Both the position numbers and the translations under genes were made by a program. Under the pieces are notes generated by a model. It saw only the letters and a list, made by a program, of their open reading frames with translations. It did not search any database and had not been told where the DNA came from. Below, one piece after another: positions 1 to 11,433 of a DNA stretch of 64,000 nt. The stretch spans positions 18,346,950 through 18,410,949 of the forward strand of contig NC_134029.1 in assembly GCF_964204645.1 (NCBI RefSeq), written 5' to 3'. Position 1 is the stretch's first letter, and each line of letters opens with the position of its first letter. This DNA is from Tubulanus polymorphus (taxonomy: Eukaryota; Animalia; Nemertea).

Positions 1-3000
1 CTGTGGAGCTTGGTTCTTGAAATTTAACCTAAAACAGTAACATTCAGAAAAATATTTATCCGAGCGCAGAAAAATGGCAAATCCAGAACAATGAGAATTG
101 ATACAATTCATGTCTCCCGAATGCATATAAACCAATATGGTTTCTTTCGGAAGAGGATTCAAACCCCTCCATGAATCAAATAATTCTCTGTTAACTCTCA
201 AAGCTGTAACAATTAAGTATAACACCGAAATATGACACAAAAGTGTTTTTGTCATTTGAGATGTTTTAGAAAATGAAGTCGAACCTCGGCAGAAAGTATC
301 GAAATGTCAGACTATGTCTGCTCATCCAAAAATCCCTGCCTCCAAATTCAGTAAGGCTGAACAAAAATATTAATCAATAACACATTGGTATAAGAAACCA
401 TTTGACAATTACCATTATATTCAGTCGTTTGACATGTTCACCTATCTTTGGCAGATATACTGAATAAACACCCTCTTCATTTGTCAAGATTTGCTTTTCT
501 TGTTCAAGTTCCTTTGAGCCGTCGATATTCAGGGTTATTTCTTGGAAGGCTGCCGGAGTACCGTCTGGTCTTCTTAGTACACCCTACAAAGAATTATCAT
601 TCACTTTAATTACTCCATACATTCCAACAGCAAATGTACTAACTAAATATGAATACTCCTACATGAAATGATTTAAGGGGTTCGTTCCCTTAACTCAGTG
701 AATAAGACATACACCTTAAATATTCCTCCTTATTCTGTTAATTGTTCCCAAGTCGGTGAACTTGATAAACCCTGTTATTCCGTTATCATGGTTATAGATA
801 TTCCCTGTCCAGGTTTAGCACCTTAACATGAACATCCTCCGACCGGAATCTCACCAAAAACTATATGATCTACTCACTTTTCCCATATAAGGCAGTCCAG
901 GTTTGAAGAAATCTGGCATGCCAGTACTGTCGAATTTAAATCGTTGGGTTTCAAGTGGTGAGCTTGAACTACCATTCAGAATAACGCCTAAATTAGTGAT
1001 AAAAATTTTCATACAATCACTGGGAATTAAGAAAGAAACCATTAACATGTATGGATGATAGAGTAACTGACCCGTGGCGGTCTCTTTTACTTTGGCAAAA
1101 ACGTGTAGCTTCGTATTCCAGACACTCATGGTAGAATCGTTAAGTCCAAGTCGATCAGCTGATAAACTGAACTCAGTGCAGCGGTTTATCTGCGAGCAAT
1201 TGAATGATTGTAGTGAAACAAATATATCAGGAACAAATCTTGCATCTTAAGATATAGACGAAAGATTTCTACATTATCATACGATCAAAGATTTTTCAAT
1301 CAAACGCACCGCTAAGGTACCATCAAAATATTCATATCCATCAAACTAATGGTCACAATGCATTCACAAAATATGCATATTCAGTGGCAGTGATGAATCT
1401 AAGTATTGGCAACATAATATTGTTCAGAACAATCATTTAGCAGCTTTGATAGTCAAAAACTGAGCAGCAAGATTTAATGATCTATTATAGGCATGCTGAC
1501 CTTTTCCTTAAGGGTAACTGGTGGCCTTTGCCGATGAGCAAACCGGTTACCCGACTTGATTTGCAATGTAGCCTCTATATCCCCGATGACAGGTTTTCCG
1601 TAAGTATACCTGAAAAACAGACGAGAAACAATCATTTTCATAAATATTTTTTTAGCCCGGTTTCATGTGCAATCAGTCGTTGTGATACCTACAGATAATA
1701 TTAGGGCACTGGACACATAATCTACTAGCATTTATTACCCATAATAACAAGACCAACAAAATAAGGGACAGGTTATAATCAAAACAGGACAATATAATCT
1801 GCAATATGGCTCCAGAAAAAAGAGAATGTGGCACTTCCAGAAGATTTTGAGATGTAGAAACTACTGGACTCAACAAATGCTGGTATAAGGTCCCAGTGGA
1901 AGAAGAAGCTTGTCCGATTGGGAAAGAATGAAACAAAAGTTAAGTCCAAGCAGAAGAAACTGTGATACATTTACGGTGATTGAAATTGTACAACTACTTA
2001 GACTGACTATCAACACTGATTATTTTTCCTGCACAAATCCAACATTTTGGAATTGATTGACAAAATTTTGACAGAACAATGGGTGACTTTACCCACAAGA
2101 AGCAAATTACGTACATTCCTCCCCTCCCCCCACCCACAAGTTTGAAAATATGGATGCATCTTGGTGGATTCTGCATTTTCACGGTGTACTTAACAATAAT
2201 ACTTTCGTGGAGCTCAGCACCTTTGTGTAGACACAATGTTGAGTTTAATCAACTGTGCAAACGTTTATCTAAACTAGAAAAGTAGAGCTGTCAAATGGAT
2301 AACTACAAGTGGTGAATGTATTCGCGAATTGTTTACTCCTTATATTGAAATAGAACAAACAGGTTCCAAGAATAATTATTGAGGAAATAGGTTAAATGAT
2401 AAAAAGGTCAGTTTTTCATGATTGAACCTACCTTCATATGTAATTCTCTGATAAGATAAACCTGTCTGCACAGTGATATCTGAATAAATAAGACTTTACA
2501 AAGAATACTTACTTCGCACAAACTTGTACTTTAACTGTTTTGTCGACCACATAGAAATAGGGTGGGCCATTAACATCAACTTGAAATTTCGGTAGAACTG
2601 AAAACAAAAGAATAATGGACTAATAATCGTCGAAACAATCGAACCAAAAAGCAGAGAAGATTTAAAATTAATAATCAATTTTCTGATTAGGGCGTGAAGT
2701 ACTAAATGAGTTATAGAAGATGTAGTAAACAACATAATAGTCGACAATTTAAAATCAATCAGCTTACCATATTCTCTGACTTCAAATTGATGGCTTTCAC
2801 TTATCGTACCAGATTTCAAGTGAATACTCCAGGTACCGAGGATTGGCTCATCCGATAAAGGCAACTCAAAGTCGCCGAGACCATTTTCAGTTTTAGCATT
2901 TCTCCATTGAGCCACGCGATTATCTAACGAGTCTTTCACGTATACTTCTTCCAACTGAAATATCACCAAATAACTTTGATGTACAAAATATACAAATGAA

Positions 3001-4990
3001 TAAGAGTTTCGTTCTCATATCCAATTAGTAGCATATGATCTTATTTCAATTCCATACCCTACATTCAAATTGAAATCAAAATTCGAGTGATAGAACACGA
3101 AAATTGAAACATGAACAAAAATTATCATTATCATTATTTAGCATATTCGGTGCCTTACATAAAAGCCACTTACATAAAACATTGATACATAATGAAAGTG
3201 CAGCTAACCATAAACTTGAAAAAAAGATAGGTTTTAGGAGTTGATCTAAAATGGTTGTTATTTTCATTATTTCTTAAAAGACGATTAACTAAAACTTTTC
3301 AAAGCGCTGGTCCACATACTTTCAAAGATCTGACGCCATAGTTAGATTATGTAAAAGGACACATTAAAAGATTTTGCCCCGACAAACAAAGTGACATTCA
3401 GTTGCTAAATGTAGAGCAGGGGATTGTTTCACGGTTCGACCTTGTGCATCATCATGAATAATGAAACATTAACTCATTCTTTGAAATGAACTACCCCGGG
3501 ACTCAGGAGGATATAACAGAAAGGTTTCTTACAGTTTGAACGAGCGGCATCAATTTAGGAGTAACTGTCAGCGTCCGAAATTTAACTACATGAAAGAATA
3601 AAATTTACCCATTAAACCATTTGCATCTTATCATTTCAACGAAGTACGTCAAAAGAGAGTGGCTCAAGACGGCCTACCTGTTTGTCCCGGTTTATAAATA
3701 GGTTTATCCGTCTCGATGAACGTCAAGAAATTCGGCGGTATCAGACTTTTAAGAAATACAGTATCGTTGAATTTATAACCGACGGTAGCATCGACTGTTG
3801 AACCAACAACCGCTAGTTTATAGCTAATGTACGAAGACAGAGACTCCATTATCGGCACCTTAAAGTGCACACAGTGATTAAGAGCATCTGAAATGAAGAA
3901 AACATTAATTTAAGATGTACACAGGTGTCTATTTCTATACAGAAACATTTCCTTAATATATTATTTTATTGATTACAAATCAGCTGGAAAATCAATTTCT
4001 AAACACTCAATCTAATGCAAGTGAAGATTCATGATACCGACCTTTCCTTAAAAGGTAAGACTTAGAAATCACATGAGGCTCCGTACGCTGGTTAGGCGGA
4101 ATCATCGACAAAGAGACGTTTACATTCACATCGCAGTCAATATCGTGGAATGTGAAACACAGACGTTCGTCCTTTCCCATTGTAAATGTATTCGGTGCAG
4201 TCATCAGAAAGCCCCTACAACAAAAAATTTTCAAGAAAATGAAAAAACATGTTGGGCTCAATCCGTGAAATGTAGTTCGACTGTAATAAAAGTGCCCTAG
4301 AAACGTAATAGGATACCGAGTTCTTCCTAGATAAAGTTTTAGGTGCCCCTTCCGCTGAGGTGCAATTAAGTTAAACAGTTAAGGTTATAGTTAAGGTGAG
4401 GATATTACCATTACATCTCAACTGCGATCATTCCCAGTATCTACCAGTACTTGTGTAGGTACCACCACCAACCATCAACAAATGAATGAATGATTTTAAG
4501 CCAAGGGCTAGGCTAGCTAGATGCCTGGATTGGAGTTGGTTACCTTGCAGTTTTGCAGTAAGAATTTATAAAAGTCTAAAAGAAGTAATCTTGGTCTCAA
4601 AAGGCTAAAAAATTTAGTCACGATAACGACAAAGTGAACTAAAAATTAGTAAAAGTAAATTGAGGACATTTATTCAATTCAATTCAATTCAATTCAAAAT
4701 TATTTGCATAGAGTTAGATGAGGTAACAAATATAAAATCTACGCAGGCCTAGCAAAGCCAGAAAGGCCGCTTAATACTAGCACCCATGCAAAAAACAAAA
4801 CAAAGTATAGTACCGTAACAAAAATATACACAAATCATACAAATAGATTAGATACCCGGTACACCGACACTTCCGGGTTCTCTTTTACTAAATAAGTAAA
4901 GTTTACTTGCCGTTTTTCCACGGTCTCCGATGTTGTCAGCGCACATGGCACAATACAGAACACAGCCAGCAGCCCGAAGATACGTAACAT
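1..4990 (-). CDS. Alpha-2-macroglobulin / thioester-protein family gene, 5' part (multi-exon, continues beyond left edge)
   Basis: Signal-peptide exon MLRIFGLLAVFCIVPCALT (ATG at 4990), then exons 4042-4214, 3678-3887 (TFIETDKPIYKPGQT, MG2 motif), ~3533-3585 (VKFRTLTV), ~2768-2955 (DNRVAQW...LSDEPILGTWSI...FEVREY), ~2513-2597 (VLPKFQVDV), ~1490-1610 (YTYGKPV), ~876-1190 (FFKPGLPYMGK), ~413-583. Exon phases checked for the first exons are consistent. Confidence 0.9.
4670..4840 (-). mobile_element. 3' tail remnant of a non-LTR retrotransposon (in A2M intron 1)
   Basis: (ATTCA)n pentamer run at 4672-4696 next to an AT-rich UTR-like stretch, resembling the microsatellite tail at 8684-8712. Confidence 0.35.
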
Positions 4991-5035
4991 CGCGAGGACT
5001 TGTGTCAGCTATTACGCTGGAAGCTCTAAAATACC

Positions 5036-5046
5036 CTTTTATATAG
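5036..5046 (-). promoter_or_regulatory. TATA box of A2M-like gene
   Basis: Minus strand reads CTATATAAAAG about 50 nt upstream of the ATG at 4990. Confidence 0.55.
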
Positions 5047-5628
5047 ATACTAGTTACTCATAAGCCCTGACCCGAAAACAGCCATTAACCATTAACCACC
5101 TGTCGCAACTTCCGTGTTTAGTATTAATGCGCTCAATAAATAGACCCAAAGTTTTCTCAAGCACTTATTTCGTCATTTTGACGACTAAATACAGTAAAAG
5201 CCTATTCAAAGAAATATACACGCACATGAATGGATACTTCAATGCTTATTTTTATGTTCAAATCAATCGATTAAGCAAACGTATTTAATCACTTTTTAAA
5301 TGGTACTGGTATTCATACGCGATTTAAATTTCGGGATCCGGATGTGAATTGTTATGACGTCATAATATTGCTAGAAACATCCGAACATCCGTTCCGTTAA
5401 CGTCAACAATTCAAAATGTGGTTGTTAAAAGAATTTCCCTTTTTCCCGAATGTGTCACTTATAATTAGGCCTACGAATGTATTTTATTATGGGGTTCGAA
5501 CTAATCAGGTTGGCAACTCGGTTGGTGTGCTGATTTTTTTTCTTGCAGCAGTTTATTTCAACCAAATTTTAGAAAATTAAAACTTGCCATAACTCAATCA
5601 TTTGCGTTAGAAAAAAAACTCGATCTTC

Positions 5629-5930
5629 TAGGGGCGGATTTAGACCGTGTCGACCGTGTCGCCCGACACGGTAGGAATTTTAGAGTGCCTTTTTATTTTT
5701 GCTCTGTATCAAAATTTGCCATTGTAACCACCTGAGATACACAATAGATATTTTTCCTAAATATATAACCTATGTTTCTTGACTGAATGCCTCTCAGAGA
5801 TGCTCAGAAAGCTCTGAAATGATAGTAAAATTTCAAAGATTTTGCTGATATGCCTTTCCGCCCTAAATTAAGAATATATGCCCTTTTTATTGGTCGACAT
5901 GGTCACAACATGCCCCTGGATCCGCCCCTG
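5629..5930. mobile_element. MITE with AGGGGCGGAT terminal inverted repeats
   Basis: Left TAGGGGCGGATTTAG, right CTGGATCCGCCCCTG; flanked on both sides by TCTTC (candidate target-site duplication). Confidence 0.65.
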
Positions 5931-7013
5931 TCTTCTGAATTAATTCAAATCCTATTCTACATAATGCAGATCCTGCATGTTAATAACTTCTTCATGAATT
6001 AAATGTTGAACTATGTGCCGTGCCCGGTGCCGTGGCACAAATAAAGAGCTGATCGTTTAAAGCGTGCGTTTGCTGAATAGACATGACAGACATTTTCTTC
6101 TAAATTAAAAAAAAAATTGTTGACAGCTGTGCGCAAGGATTGGCTTTTGACAAGAGTGCCTACGCAAGGCGATGACTGCAGCCTTTTTAAATCAATTTTT
6201 ACTAGGAGTAGCGGGAGGGTGAAGGGAAAAAACAAAACGTTTTTATAATGCGTTTCGAATGAACGAGAAGAAATAGAATGCAATTTTTCTAATTAATTGA
6301 GTATTTTCCACATAAAATCTCGGAAGGACTGCAAAAAAAAATTTAAAGAGTTAAGATTGTCATGAAGATTCAAATGATGGGAGAAATTCAAAGAATAACT
6401 TTTTTTCAAATCACGAGACTGAAAATTGAGCTGATCAAAATAAGTTACTTGATTCACAGTTAAGACGGGCATAACATAAAACATCTTTTTTTTTCTTTTT
6501 AATCTGATGATTTTTGCAGAATTCTGGGAGGCGGATCCGTACTCCAAGTAATTAGAAAACAGCCTAAAGATCGACATTCTAATTATTATTAAGGTTTAAA
6601 GTTATGTGTGCCGCTTGATGTTCCCAAACCCAATTTTGGGTTTTCCGTTGATTGGCAAGTGGCCACTGAGCGCGCCGCGGCCACTCGACGCATTTCCCCG
6701 CCTGTTATCTCTTAACAATGAATGGCCGTGGCACGCGGCGTTTGTTCATATGCCATCGGTGGAAACAATTTTTAGCCGGTTTTTTGTAGTTTATACGAAT
6801 TAACTAATGAAAATATTTCTACAGCTTCATTTCCATTTTGTTTTAGGCCTTAGTAAGATTACATCAGTGTAGGCCCGGACATTGCTGCTGTAATCCGAAA
6901 AGTAATCAGATTGCAAGTACACAAAATTCCATATGCCAAGATAACGCCACAAACAAAAGAAAAGTATTTGCAAACCATTAGGCCTATAGCCTATATGAAA
7001 ATATGCATTACAT

Positions 7014-7160
7014 TACGGTGGAACCTCGTTACAACGATTCATCGGATATAACAAATATAGAATTTTGTCCCAAGAAAGACCATTAAATTACTTTCATACC
7101 GGAACGAACTATCGGTAACGAACATATTTTCTGGTCCCGTGAAGTTCACGCGTTACGAAG
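7014..7160. mobile_element. Tc1/pogo-type MITE remnant
   Basis: TACGGTGGAACCTCGTTACAACGA terminus; reverse-complement homolog at 19231-19396. Confidence 0.5.
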
Positions 7161-7551
7161 ATCCAATATTATATATCTGCATTGTTGTTTAATATTGTTT
7201 TCATGAGCGTTTTATTTTGTGGCGTTTAAATTTTCAGCTGTAATCCAAACATTTTTATCATTCTACAAACACGTTTCACTACGACGTTCATTAGTATGAG
7301 GTTCCATCGTTGTAAGCTTACGATGACCTTCTAACCTTGTCTCGATGTCGATACTACTAAAAGCTTTTTAAGTGTGGTTTTGATCGTATCGCCTCTAATT
7401 TTGAACACAGTCATGTCAGTTTTAAGTTAATGAATTATAATCTTATTTTCTGTGAGCATGTATAAGACCTATACGCAACTGGGTTTATCGCCGATAAGCG
7501 TCAACTAGCGGCCTACGAGAGGCCGCCAGTTGCTCCTCAATCGGTTCGACA

Positions 7552-8227
7552 TAAGCCGGCTTGCGACGGCAACGCGACGCCTACCGACGCCTACCGACTC
7601 GTCGCAAGCCGTATCCGGCTAGTCGCCCATGTTCTACTCCGGCCTACGGTAGGCGGGCAGTTGCTTTCGATCGCAGCCGACTAGACGCGACGGAACTGAG
7701 CGCAGGGGTTCCAGCCAATGAGAGACCGCATATACATAGTACAAATTATCACCGCTAGTTAGCGTCATTCGTAATTAGTCATAAACTTTCAAATTCAAGT
7801 AGTTCAAAACGTAAACCAAACCTTCAGCACGACAGAGGAGTGGACCGAAGATCTAGAAACGAAATTGGTAGAATTATGGTGTGAGCGGCCATCTTTATAG
7901 ATATCGCTAGCACGTTGTATTCAAAACAGAATCAGAAAGATCAAAGTCTTAAAGAAATAGCTTTTCTAATAGAAGTATATTTCCTAATAATTCAAATTTA
8001 TTCTCAAAATGCTTATCACGAGACCATTTGAGCCGTTGCAGTTGCCAGCAATCGCAACCGACATAAGCAGGGAAGCAACTGGGAGGATCTCATATCCCGC
8101 TAGTCGGCCTCAGTTGCTGCGAATCGGAGCGCAGTCGACAAAAGCTGGGCTGCGATCGCGGTTGCTCTCAGTTGCGTCGGTAGGAGTCGGTAGGCGTCGC
8201 GTTGCTTGTCGACATAAGCCAGCCTAA
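7552..8227. mobile_element. PIF/Harbinger-derived non-autonomous element with decayed MADF/Myb-SANT fragment
   Basis: Inverted termini GCCGGCTT..GCAACGCGACGCCTACCGAC / GTCGGTAGGCGTCGCGTTGC..AAGCCAGCC with TAA flanks; internal 7833-7970 reads EEWTEDLETKLVELWCERPSL-(frameshift)-DIASTLYSKQNQKDQSLKEIA, a MADF-like pattern. Confidence 0.65.
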
Positions 8228-8229
8228 GA

Positions 8230-8712
8230 ATAATTTTCTGCCGCTTCCGTTGCTCAAACCACAAATTACCTATAGAAACCGGAAGATACAATCGAACCCC
8301 CAGGGAGGAAAGAATTTGTAGTCTCTGTGACACTGAAGATGTTGGGGACGAATTTCATCACGTCATTAAATGCCCTTTTTTCAGAAACATCCGCACTAAA
8401 TGTTTAAAACCATTTTTCAGAACTAGACCAAGCGTTTACAAATTTACCCAACTAATAAAAACTAAAGGGAAACAGCTAAATCAACTCACCAAATTTATCA
8501 AAACTGCTTCTAAATTTCTCTAGACCATTTTTGTATATGTTGTTGTATGTTTTAGATTTTTTTTCTGTATGTGTATGTGCGTCTATGTATGTTAATTGTG
8601 AACCGCATTAATTATTGTAATTGTTATAGCTTTTGATTTTGTTTTTGAGCTCTAAGCAATTGTATTTTGTGGAGCAATAAAACATATTCTATTCTATTTT
8701 ATTCTATTCTAT
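8230..8712 (+). mobile_element. 5'-truncated LINE (L2/CR1-group) ORF2 C-terminus, 3' UTR and (TATTC)n tail
   Basis: FRCSNHKLPIETGRYNRTPREERICSLCDTEDVGDEFHHVIKCPFF (CCHC motif), AATAAA at ~8676, TATTC repeats 8684-8712. Confidence 0.8.
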
Positions 8713-8936
8713 ACATTTCTATTGATACTAGTCAGCGTAGATTTTGCTTTACCCTTAAAAGTTCTATACACCTTACATGGTCTGGCTATTTACGGATGTC
8801 GAGAGGTACTTGGAATTACACTATTCAATCGTTTCAGGGTCCATGTTTAAGCTGATAATCTGTTGTCTGAAGAAATATTGACGGAAATATTTGGAGAAAA
8901 AACGAAAAACATCGGGAAAAGGAGAAAAAATAGCAA

Positions 8937-10423
8937 ATGACGATGATGAAAGCACTTCCGGATTGGTTACGCGAGGAGTTACGTTTCTTCTTCGTGTCGT
9001 CATGGCCGATTCTTGTTGTTCCTGTTTTAAGCGAATTGCCTCTTTTGATGTGTAATATAATGGTCGCTCAAACCAATTTAATTTCGCAAGCCGCCGTGTC
9101 TCTGACAGACACGTTTTTTGTGCTCCTTTTACTCATTGGGTATGGGTATGGCGATCGGTGTAGAGGGACTATTCTCGCAAGTTTTCGGCGCCAAAAACTT
9201 TCGTTATTTACGCTTGTTGTTACAGAGAGGGTTGTTAATACTGATTTGTAGTGGTTTATTGTTTCTTCCACTAAATTTCACTTCCGACAAAATATTTAAA
9301 CTTTTCGGACAAAATGTAACCGTCGCTGAAGAGGCTGGAAGGATGCTGATGGTGATGTCATCCAATAACATTCTTGTGCTCGCAAATGACATTTTACGCG
9401 TTTTTTAATGTCTCAGGGTGTTGTTTTACCTGTTGTCATTATATCAATATTCAACAACGTTTTCGCCGCAGTAATCTGTTATGTCACGATTATTGCACTA
9501 CGTTTGGCCAGTCTAGGGGTAGCCATCTCTCTCCTTGTATTTTTTGGTCTCAGTGCAGTTTGCATGGGTATTGCAACTTCTCTGATTAATAAAGACACCA
9601 TGGCTATATACAGAATCAATATGGATATATTTAAGAATCTATGGGAGGTCGCTAGTATGGCTCTCGGTTCAACAGTATCAATATTGTGTATTTCTATAGC
9701 CATAACAATCGGTATGTTTTTGACCGGTACTTTTGGAGTGGCTGAACTTGTATCATTGAGCATTTCGTTGCAAGTATATATGTTGACCTCAATATATTAT
9801 GGGGCATAGCGGAAGCGGGTAGTATGAGAATTGGTTTCCTGTTATCATCCAGGGACGGCCAGACAGCCAAAAGAGCTTTGTTCTTTTATCAAGGCATTTC
9901 GATGTTGGTCGCTGTAATTATCGGTGTATTAATTTGTTCCCTTCACGCTCTTTTAGCTCGGGGATTTGCTAGCGATAGTTTAGTCGAAGCTAAACTGAAA
10001 GTTATGTACATTGGAGCAACTTTGCCCTTATTTGCTGTAGATATTATATTTAATGCCGCTATTCAAGGTTGCGCTAAAATAGCCATCATTACGACAACGT
10101 GTTTCGTGACTTTATCAATAGGAACATCATTAGGTTTGATTCTACTATATTTTACTCGGTTAGGTGCGCTGAGTATAATAATAGGTTACCAGAGTTCATG
10201 TGTTTTAAATGCGCTCATATTCGTTCCGTACGCCATCTTTGTTTTAGATTGGGATGAACAATCTAAACTAGCGCGTCACAGAACTACAGACGATCTTAAG
10301 TTAATCCAAGACGGAACCGAAAATGGAGAATTGGATTACAGTACGTTTGAGTTAACACCCAGCGCCACCTTGATTCAAAATTCATCATCAAAAACAGAAA
10401 ATGGTTCAGAAACACTAAAATAA
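8937..10423 (+). pseudogene. Intronless MATE (SLC47-like) transporter interrupted by three frameshifts
   Basis: Four consecutive ORFs join into one multi-TM MATE: REELRFFFVSSWP, GMAIGVEGLFSQVFGAKNF...LLQRG, FLMSQGVVLP, GSMRIGFLL, DWDEQSKLAR. Frame changes at ~9114-9119 (T6), ~9401-9406 (T6), ~9801-9804 (G4); may be assembly indels rather than real lesions. Confidence 0.75.
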
Positions 10424-10679
10424 AACAAAAATGTTTTAGACTAAAAAAGTAGCTCTATAAGAGTGATGTAAAAAGTAATTACAAAGAATTATTACGAAAT
10501 ATTTGATATAACGAATATATGATGGCATGTGATAACTATCTGTAGCTACGATTCTAAATGTACTTTTTGTAAGACATTGAGTGAGTAGTTGTACTCGTGG
10601 TGCACAGTATTTGAAATTTAGAAATAGATAATATAAAGCGCAAATAGACTTGTTTTCTGATTTAAGAGTTTACCGGTAT

Positions 10680-10752
10680 GAGGTGTTAGTTGCCACCAGT
10701 GTAGTCCAGGAAACAGAGGTCAAGGGACCGATAGTAAAACTCTGTAACTTTA
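10680..10752 (+). repeat. Short interspersed repeat (second copy at ~25498-25570)
   Basis: GAGGTGTTAGTTGCC(A/G)CCAGT..AG..CAG...GATAGTA.AACTC.GTAACTT shared between the two loci. Confidence 0.55.
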
Positions 10753-10895
10753 CGGATATCGGAGTCCTTCCAACATGTAAGAAGCCCCCACTGATCATTT
10801 CACATCATGTTTTGACACAATAAGACAAAATCCCACTATTTACAGATTAAAAGAATTTAAAAACCAGAATTTATTCAATCAAAGATATATAAAAG

Positions 10896-10937
10896 ACACG
10901 ACGTTTCGATCTCACCCTAGAGATCATCGTCAGGTGT
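10896..10937 (-). ncRNA. Minimal type I hammerhead ribozyme (inverted copy)
   Basis: Reverse complement of the 11203-11244 motif. Confidence 0.72.
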
Positions 10938-11202
10938 GAGATGTAGATTAAAAACAGGGATATATATATAGAGGAGGATATATACAGAATTACACTAAAC
11001 GCCACATAGTTGAGTCAGCCCTAATTACTCGTCACTTAGATATTAGTACCAATTTAAATAATGGCTTTTCTCCGCATAATTCCCTTCTTTCTAAATATAT
11101 TACTTCATGCCTTGCCAAACACTAATTATTTACTCACTCACCAATTTACTCAATTCACCTGTCCTCCTCTGTATATATACCCCTGTTTTTAATCTATACC
11201 TC

Positions 11203-11244
11203 ACACCTGACGATGATCTCTAGGGTGAGATCGAAACGTCGTGT
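11203..11244 (+). ncRNA. Minimal type I hammerhead ribozyme
   Basis: ACAC-CUGACGA-U-GAUCUC uagggu GAGAUC-GAAAC-GUC-GUGU: core boxes intact, 6-bp stem II, stem I ACAC/GUGU, palindromic ACGU stem III. Confidence 0.75.
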
Positions 11245-11433
11245 CTTTTATATATTTTTGATTGAATAAATTAATTCTGGTTTTTAAATTCTTCTTTTAA
11301 TCTGTAAATAGTGGGATTTTATCTCATTATCCGTTCACCACGTTTGAGTGTGGTTATCGTTCTTCTAAGTTTTGACACAGTCTTTTGTAAAAGGGCGCTA
11401 CGAATAAAGTTTTGATTGAATCATGAAAATAAT

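Larger units (their letters stand above)
10827..11320. mobile_element. Penelope-like element remnant: inverted pseudo-LTR pair
   Basis: ~150-bp arms 10827-10978 and 11162-11320 are near-perfect reverse complements and each contains a hammerhead core, typical of Penelope pLTRs. Confidence 0.75.
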
